Made by a program: the position numbers and the translations under genes
The notes under the pieces: generated by a model
Databases searched by the model: none
What the model saw: only the letters and a program-made list of their open reading frames with translations
What the model was told of the DNA's origin: nothing
Source of the DNA: Octopus sinensis
Lineage: Eukaryota
Direction of reading: 5' to 3'
DNA length: 51,969 nt
NCBI RefSeq assembly: GCF_006345805.1
Contig: NW_021834289.1
Coordinates: 1-51,969 of the forward strand
Shown: positions 45,858 to 51,969 of the stretch, piece after piece
Layout: every line of letters begins with the position of its first letter
How positions within the stretch are numbered: position 1 is the first letter of the stretch

Positions 45858-46599
45858 CTGTTCAAAGTATAAAAAAAACAATAAATAAAAAAAATCAAAT
45901 TTTGGTACAAGTTTGAGAGGAGGGAGTAAATTGATTACATTGACCCCCGCCCCCTCCATATTTGATACCTGTTTTATCAACCCACAAATGATAAATGGCA
46001 AAGTTGATAGTGGCAGTATTTGAACTTAGAACCTGAAGGCAAATGAAATGCTTCTAAGTATTTTACCTGACATGTTAATGATTCTGTCCGCTCATTATCT
46101 TAAACAAGAGAATAATATTGTATGTCATAACTGAAAAGAAACGATGAAAAGTCTAAAACAAGCCTGAATATCATTGGCCTTATCATGTATATTGTGAGCC
46201 AAACCTTGCATGTTAAACTTGGTATAGAATGAGATTGAGTGTAAAGTGTCTTCATTTGAGATCTCCCACAAGACAATTTTATATTTTGTTGCTTATATCA
46301 TAAGAATTTAGAAACTCCGAGAAAACATAAAATAATTCTTTTTTTTTTTCTTGCAATGGTGGATCTCAAAGTAGATAAAGCTATAAATAATAGTCATGGC
46401 ATTCCATTTGTTATGATGACAAGAGTTCCAGTTGTCATAATAAATGTGCAATTGGCTGATACTCCACAGATACATGTACCCTTTAACGTAGTTCTCGGGG
46501 AGATTCAGCATGACACAGAGTGTGACAAGGCTGGTTGTTCAAAACACAGGCACAACAGAAATAGGAAGATAGAGTGAGAGAAAGCCATGACAAAAGAGC

Positions 46600-46820
46600 A
46601 CACCATGGACCTCTTTGAGTTCCATTTTACTCAGAAGGACCCTCAAAGATATTCTATGTTTTTAAAAAAATGCATCAAATTTTTAGAATTAAATATTGTA
46701 AAGAATTGTTTTTAAAAAATTGTGAAAATAGTTGGTATATTGTAGAAATATGAGAAATTAATTGCTCAGAAATTTTAATAAAAGAATGTTTTATGAGCCC
46801 CTAAAGGTTGAGAACCATTG
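46600..46820. mobile_element. hAT-type MITE fragment
   Basis: Ends ggttgagaaccattg; the body resembles 32275-32330. Confidence 0.55.
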
Positions 46821-47287
46821 AATTGTAGCTTTATCTGCTTCAAGTCTAACCTTAAAAATCAATTATTTATTTTATTTATTTATTTGAAAGGAAAACGTTT
46901 AATAAGTTTCATAAAATATAGTTTAGTCTGAATCAAGAGATAGTGCTCCTGGAATCTTTTGGTCTCAGAAGAATTTTGATAGCTGATGTTCTTTTTGAAT
47001 AATTGCCAATTGATGTCAGCAGGAAAAAAAACATAGGCATGGGGGAAAGACTGGGTGTAGTGGTTATTGGGGAGGGGGAGGGGAGTTCAGGAAGAGGTAG
47101 ATGTAATATGGGTGATAAGAAGAGGAAGAGGAGAGAGAGGTTTGAGTCAGATGTAACTAAATGATGGTGGTATGATGCCAACCAACTCCAAGAAGTGTAG
47201 ACCATTGTAGTAGTAGTTTAAAAAGGCAGAAAAAGGAGACAGCATGAAGAGTGATTTCATGGCAACGAATCAGGAGTTGGTCTAGAA

Positions 47288-47694
47288 CAAGAGTTACCAA
47301 ACTTTCTGGAGCTCCTGCCCCCTTGACAACCAGGCCACATTCCTAGTGCCCCCACTCCAACTAACCATCACAAATATAGATCACTTTCTGAAGCCAATTC
47401 AAAGCAACAGTCATCATCATCATCATCATCATCGTTTAACGTCCGCTTTCCATGCTAGCATGGGTTGGACAATTTGACTGAGGTCTGGCGAACCAGATAG
47501 CTGCACCAGGCTCCAATCTGATCTGGCAGAGTTTCTACAACAGTTTTTCACAAATAAAACTTCACCTAACGAACCCATTATCTTGTTGTTTTTACATGAA
47601 TTGCTACCTCATTGTTGCCCATTTTTCTTCAATGCCCGCTTGGAACTTTCCACCACTCCCAGGGCAGCAATACTACCCACTTAGGGAACCCCTG
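47288..47694. mobile_element. hAT/Charlie-type MITE (older) with a family D insertion at ~47412-47540
   Basis: Flanked by gtctagaa (47280-47287 and 47695-47702). Degenerate TIRs caagagttaccaaac / cttagggaacccctg. Confidence 0.65.
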
Positions 47695-47702
47695 GTCTAG
47701 AA

Positions 47703-48017
47703 CAAGGGTTCTCAACCAGGATCCATATAAAATTTTTGCAGGGTCCAGAGATGCAATATAGTAAATTGTGGGCCCACAGTAATTTTTCAGGGGTATGGAA
47801 AAATTCTGTTTCAGAGTAGTAAATTTTATGTATAATAAATTGGTTATATGTCCAAAATACATAAAATATTCAAGCAATTTTTTATAAAAGTCCTAATAAT
47901 ATTTAGTTATAAAAATATGATAGGGTTTTTTAAACATCAAATGGTGATGGTGGGGTCCACCCAAGTAAAATAAGAATTAAAAGGGGTCCATAGGAAAACA
48001 ATGGTTAAGAACCCTTG
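47703..48017. mobile_element. hAT/Charlie-type MITE
   Basis: TIRs caagggttctcaacca / tggttaagaacccttg (15/16). Perfect 8-bp TSD gtctagaa, matching the NTCTAGAN preference of Charlie elements. Confidence 0.9.
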
Positions 48018-48803
48018 GTCTAGAATAAGATGTAAAGTACTTGCTCTTTTCCTTTTAACTTTTTTTTTTTCACTATCTACAATTCACCAAGGAAGCACAT
48101 AAGAGACATGTGAAAACCTGACTAAAGACCTAGCAGATGTAAGCCTGGGCTTTGTGCAAGCCCACGGACTAGACCTGTGACCACAACTGATATAGATCTA
48201 TCATTTGTCCATCACGACGTCCACCACTTTCACCACTTAACAACCAGTATAGGTGTGTTTACATCCCCATAACTTAGCAGTTCAGCATAAGAGACCAATA
48301 GAATAAGTACTATGCTTTAAAAATAAAAAGCAGCAGGTTCAATTCATTTGACTAAAAAATTCTTTGAGGTGGCGCCCCAGGATGGCCACAGTCTAATGAC
48401 TGAAACAATTAAGAGAAAAAAAAAAACAAAAGAAATATATAAATAATGGTACATCTTTTTTGACAATAATCCAAAAAGGAGTTTACAGGAAACTACCAAG
48501 ATGATGCCCTCTGCACATTTGAAAACTTGATTCTTGTGCTTGCTTTACTCTTGTTGCTAAGAAGATGCTGTTTCAATCATAGTATAGAATCCCTCAAAGA
48601 ATTATCATAAGCTTAAACCGTTATTTTTCTCTCTTAGGTAAGTTTAGTGTGTAAGACAACATACACAAAATTAATATAATACTAAAGAGATGGAGTGTAT
48701 ATAAGAATGTACCATACTTTACTGTCAGTTTCTGTATATATATATATATATACATAATACATATTTCAGTGATTATACACAGGTAAGATTCTTTTTATCA
48801 CTC

Positions 48804-48840
<37 letters not shown>

Positions 48841-50769
48841 ATATATATATGAATAATTAGATGTTTGTGTAAGCATATATTTACATATATAATATATGTA
48901 TTGTCAGTAAATCAGGAATCTGACGAGACGTTGTAAAGCTAAGCGGTTACGGATGCGAACCTGGGATAACCCTACAAACCAACCATGACTATCTTCATTT
49001 AAATAAATATATGTATGTATATATGTATATGTATGTGTGTGTGTGTGTGTGTGATTTGTAATAAACATAAATCCAAAATGCGTACGCATATATATCCACA
49101 TTCACGTATTTACATGTATGTTTCACACAGATGCATGCGTATACAAACATGTATATACATTTGTGTGTGTGTGTGTGTGTGTTTATGTGTGTGCATGCAT
49201 ATACATACGTTTGTAAGTATGTGTGTACATAAGTATAGGAAACCAATACAAACCTTTTAAACACTGCATAAATTCAAAAAGAATAATCCATCAAAGCAAT
49301 TTCTATATAGACACACACACAAATGATTATAGTTGTATCATGTATACATATATATATATACGCACAAGTAACACAAATGTAGATGTAAATATCCATATAT
49401 GCACATATATAGATGGAAACGTGTACATATATGTGCACAAAGGAACAGATGTAGCTCCATGCACAAACAGACATATATATATATATATACACACAGACAC
49501 AGAAATATATATATGTATATACAAATATATATATATACACACACATATATATATATATGTATATATATATACACACACAAATATATATACATAAATATAT
49601 ATGTATACATACAAAAATATATATATCCATATACATATACAAATATATCCTTGTCTACAAAGGCATATAGTAGTAAATATCCACATACATATACACACAC
49701 AGATAACCATAGATAGATAGATAGATAGATAGACAGATAGATAGATAAGTACACGTGGACAAACAGACAGACAAATATATAGACTGACAGATAGACAAAC
49801 TAACAGAGAGACAGACATGTACACACACGAAGACCTCCAATTAACTAAACATAACATATATATGCATACACACATGAACACATGAACACACTTACGCACA
49901 TATGCATACCTATATGCAAGCATCCAGACACATAGAGACACACATATATGTAAATATACAAGCATACACACACACACATACATATATGACTGCACGCATA
50001 CATACACAAGGGCATACATCTACAAATACACACTGTTATATACGAGTAAGAATGCTTAAACTCACATTCTTGGAGAAAGGAGAAGCATTTATAGAAATGA
50101 AATAAGCTGAGATTAAGAGACAAAATCCTGTAAAGGAAGTGTTGTATGATTCCTTCATGTACTTTGTCAAACCAAATTCCTCACAATCTCCCTTTGCATT
50201 TGCAGAGACGTAAAAACACAGATGCAAGTATACAGATGTGGATTTACATGTGTGTGTGTTTGTGTATGTAAATATACATATGCAAATAAATATGTGTATA
50301 CATATATATGTAACATATATAGTCATAGATGTATGTATACACACATAAATGTTTATATATAAATAGATATATGCATATACATCCATCCATACAAGTATAT
50401 TTATATGCATACACACTTGGATATAGATATATAAGTATCTGTATCTCCATATAAAAATATAGATATACACATACACAATACACTCACATATAAGCTTATA
50501 CATACATACACACAAACATTATATATACAGAGGGGGGAGAGGAGTGGAGAGTGAGGGATGGAAATAGGGAAGAAGAGAAGAAAGAGTGAGAGAGGTGTAC
50601 ATATTGGAAGATACACATACATATTTATACATGCACACTGAAAAAATGTCATAGGTTTATGAATACATATAACTGCACAACTAAATGCATGTGTATGTAT
50701 GCATATATATATATATACATATGTATACACACATACATATATATATTTAAGTATTTGTTTTGCAAGATT

Positions 50770-51350
50770 CTTGATGTGAAATCATGTGTTGAAGCAAATA
50801 TTATATTTGGGGATGGTCATATTTTTTGCCAATTGGAGTGGCTCACAAAGGACTTGATAAGTGATGCCAAGACACCCTCAGGCCTTCTTGGCAATTTTAG
50901 CAATGTGTTTTGTCCAACGCAAATCGCTGTCGACAATTACGACAATCACGTTCCCAAGAAGATTTTTTGAGATTAGTGTTGTGGAGGGAGTAAGTAGACG
51001 CTGGGTTTTTCCTCCCAAAATGCATGGCGGTACATTTGTCCACAGCCAGCTTGAGTTGCCAGTCCATGATCCACTGCTGCATTGTGTCCAGGTCTGATTG
51101 CAATAAAGATCTATAGTGCTCAGGATCTGTCCTCCTTATTTCGAGGTACATCTTGATGTCACTTGCATATTTCAGCAATGTGGCATTCTTTAAGTTGGCA
51201 TCATATGCAACAAATAAAAGGGGGCCAAGAACAGATACCTGTGGGACACCAGATGTCACTCATAGGGCGAAGAGTGCTGTCCTAGAACTGTGCAACCTCT
51301 TTTCAGCCGATAATGAAGGACTTCACCAGAAGTTAATTCAGAACTTTTGA
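50770..51350 (-). mobile_element. CR1/L2-clade reverse transcriptase relic
   Basis: TSGVPQVSVLGPLLF...KYASDIK (degenerate YADD)...LQSDLDTMQQWIMDWQLKLAVDKCTAMHFG, then frameshifts to VDSDLRWTKHI. Confidence 0.92.
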
Positions 51351-51639
51351 AAACAAGACATTTATAATACAGAGCCAGAGGCAGTCTCAGTTGGGCTGGA
51401 TTCAAAAGCTAGAGTCAAACAAAAAAATAACCATTATATTTTATAAAGTGTTTGGTGTAAGGAAGGGATTAGCCATATAAACCATGCCAGAACAGACGAT
51501 GAAGTTTCATACAGTCTTTTGGCAACATTGGTTCTGTCATAATGTTCAACACATCCAGCATGGAAAACGGACATTGAACGATGAAGGTGTTGATAAATGT
51601 CTATAATAGCTTGTTTCAGGTTCTGCCAACCAAAATTAT

Positions 51640-51760
51640 TCACAGAGCTTTGGTTTATGAGAGACTATAGTAGCAGATACTTTCCCAGTAGGTACCATAC
51701 AGTGGGACTGAACCTGAAATCATATGGTGGGAAGCAAAATTCTTAACCACAGAGCTATAC
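51640..51760 (-). mobile_element. SINE family A head/core fragment
   Basis: gactatagtagcagatactttccc...cagtgggactgaacctgaaatcatatggtgggaagcaaaattcttaaccacaga. Confidence 0.65.
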
Positions 51761-51969
51761 TTACACATGCACATACACACAATCTCTGCACACTGTGTAT
51801 ATATGTATGTATATAATATATATATATATAGTATATAATATGCATATGTACACACACACACACACAAATATGCATATAGTGTTATATATACATACTCTAT
51901 ATATGTGCATGCTATATATACTATATAATATATTTTATGTATAGATAATATATATATGTTTTTTGGGGT

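Noticed and set aside
46308-46577. Overlapping ORFs near the first visible exon, considered as an upstream exon
   Set aside because: No frame resembles the expected family sequence, and no good acceptor/donor pair was found on the minus strand.
48915-48970. CTGACGA...CGAAC possible hammerhead
   Set aside because: GAAA is incomplete and stems I-III cannot be built convincingly.
4636-51867. Dozens of ORFs rich in Y/I/H/T/C/V (e.g. 14152-14739, 49327-50019, 37570-37893, 31293-31678)
   Set aside because: They are translations of (TA)n, (CA)n, (GT)n and (TAA)n microsatellites, which lack stop codons in some frames.

Overview
AT-rich, microsatellite- and transposon-saturated animal genomic DNA. 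The SINE/MITE families look like those of Octopus (a cephalopod); this is recognition from memory, not a database search. One real protein-coding gene is supported, on the minus strand. Three GT-AG exons (45717-45857, 18334-18456, 12386-13116; all phase-1 junctions; introns 27,260 and 5,217 bp) splice into about 330 aa ending in TGA. They encode a nucleoside-phosphorylase/nucleosidase (PNP_UDP_1 / MTAN-fold) domain that keeps the MTAN catalytic-equivalent residues. The 5' part of the gene probably lies beyond the window. Almost every other ORF in the track is a microsatellite or repeat translation. The rest of the window holds relics of mariner, Tc1/maT-like, CR1/L2, R4-like and Penelope (GIY-YIG) elements, a Helitron, hAT and piggyBac-type MITEs, and at least five SINE-like families. 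The most unusual signals are: (i) the uncharacterised nucleosidase gene, whose motifs resemble immune ATP-nucleosidase effectors; (ii) six hammerhead-ribozyme-like motifs, including one at a Penelope 3' end and one in a tRNA-headed element arranged as an inverted repeat; (iii) several near-perfect palindromes and templated duplications; (iv) repeated insertions at identical target sites; (v) inverted SINE pairs that would form intronic dsRNA. Repeat boundaries are approximate (roughly +/-10-20 bp) unless TSDs/TIRs are quoted. No searches were run.
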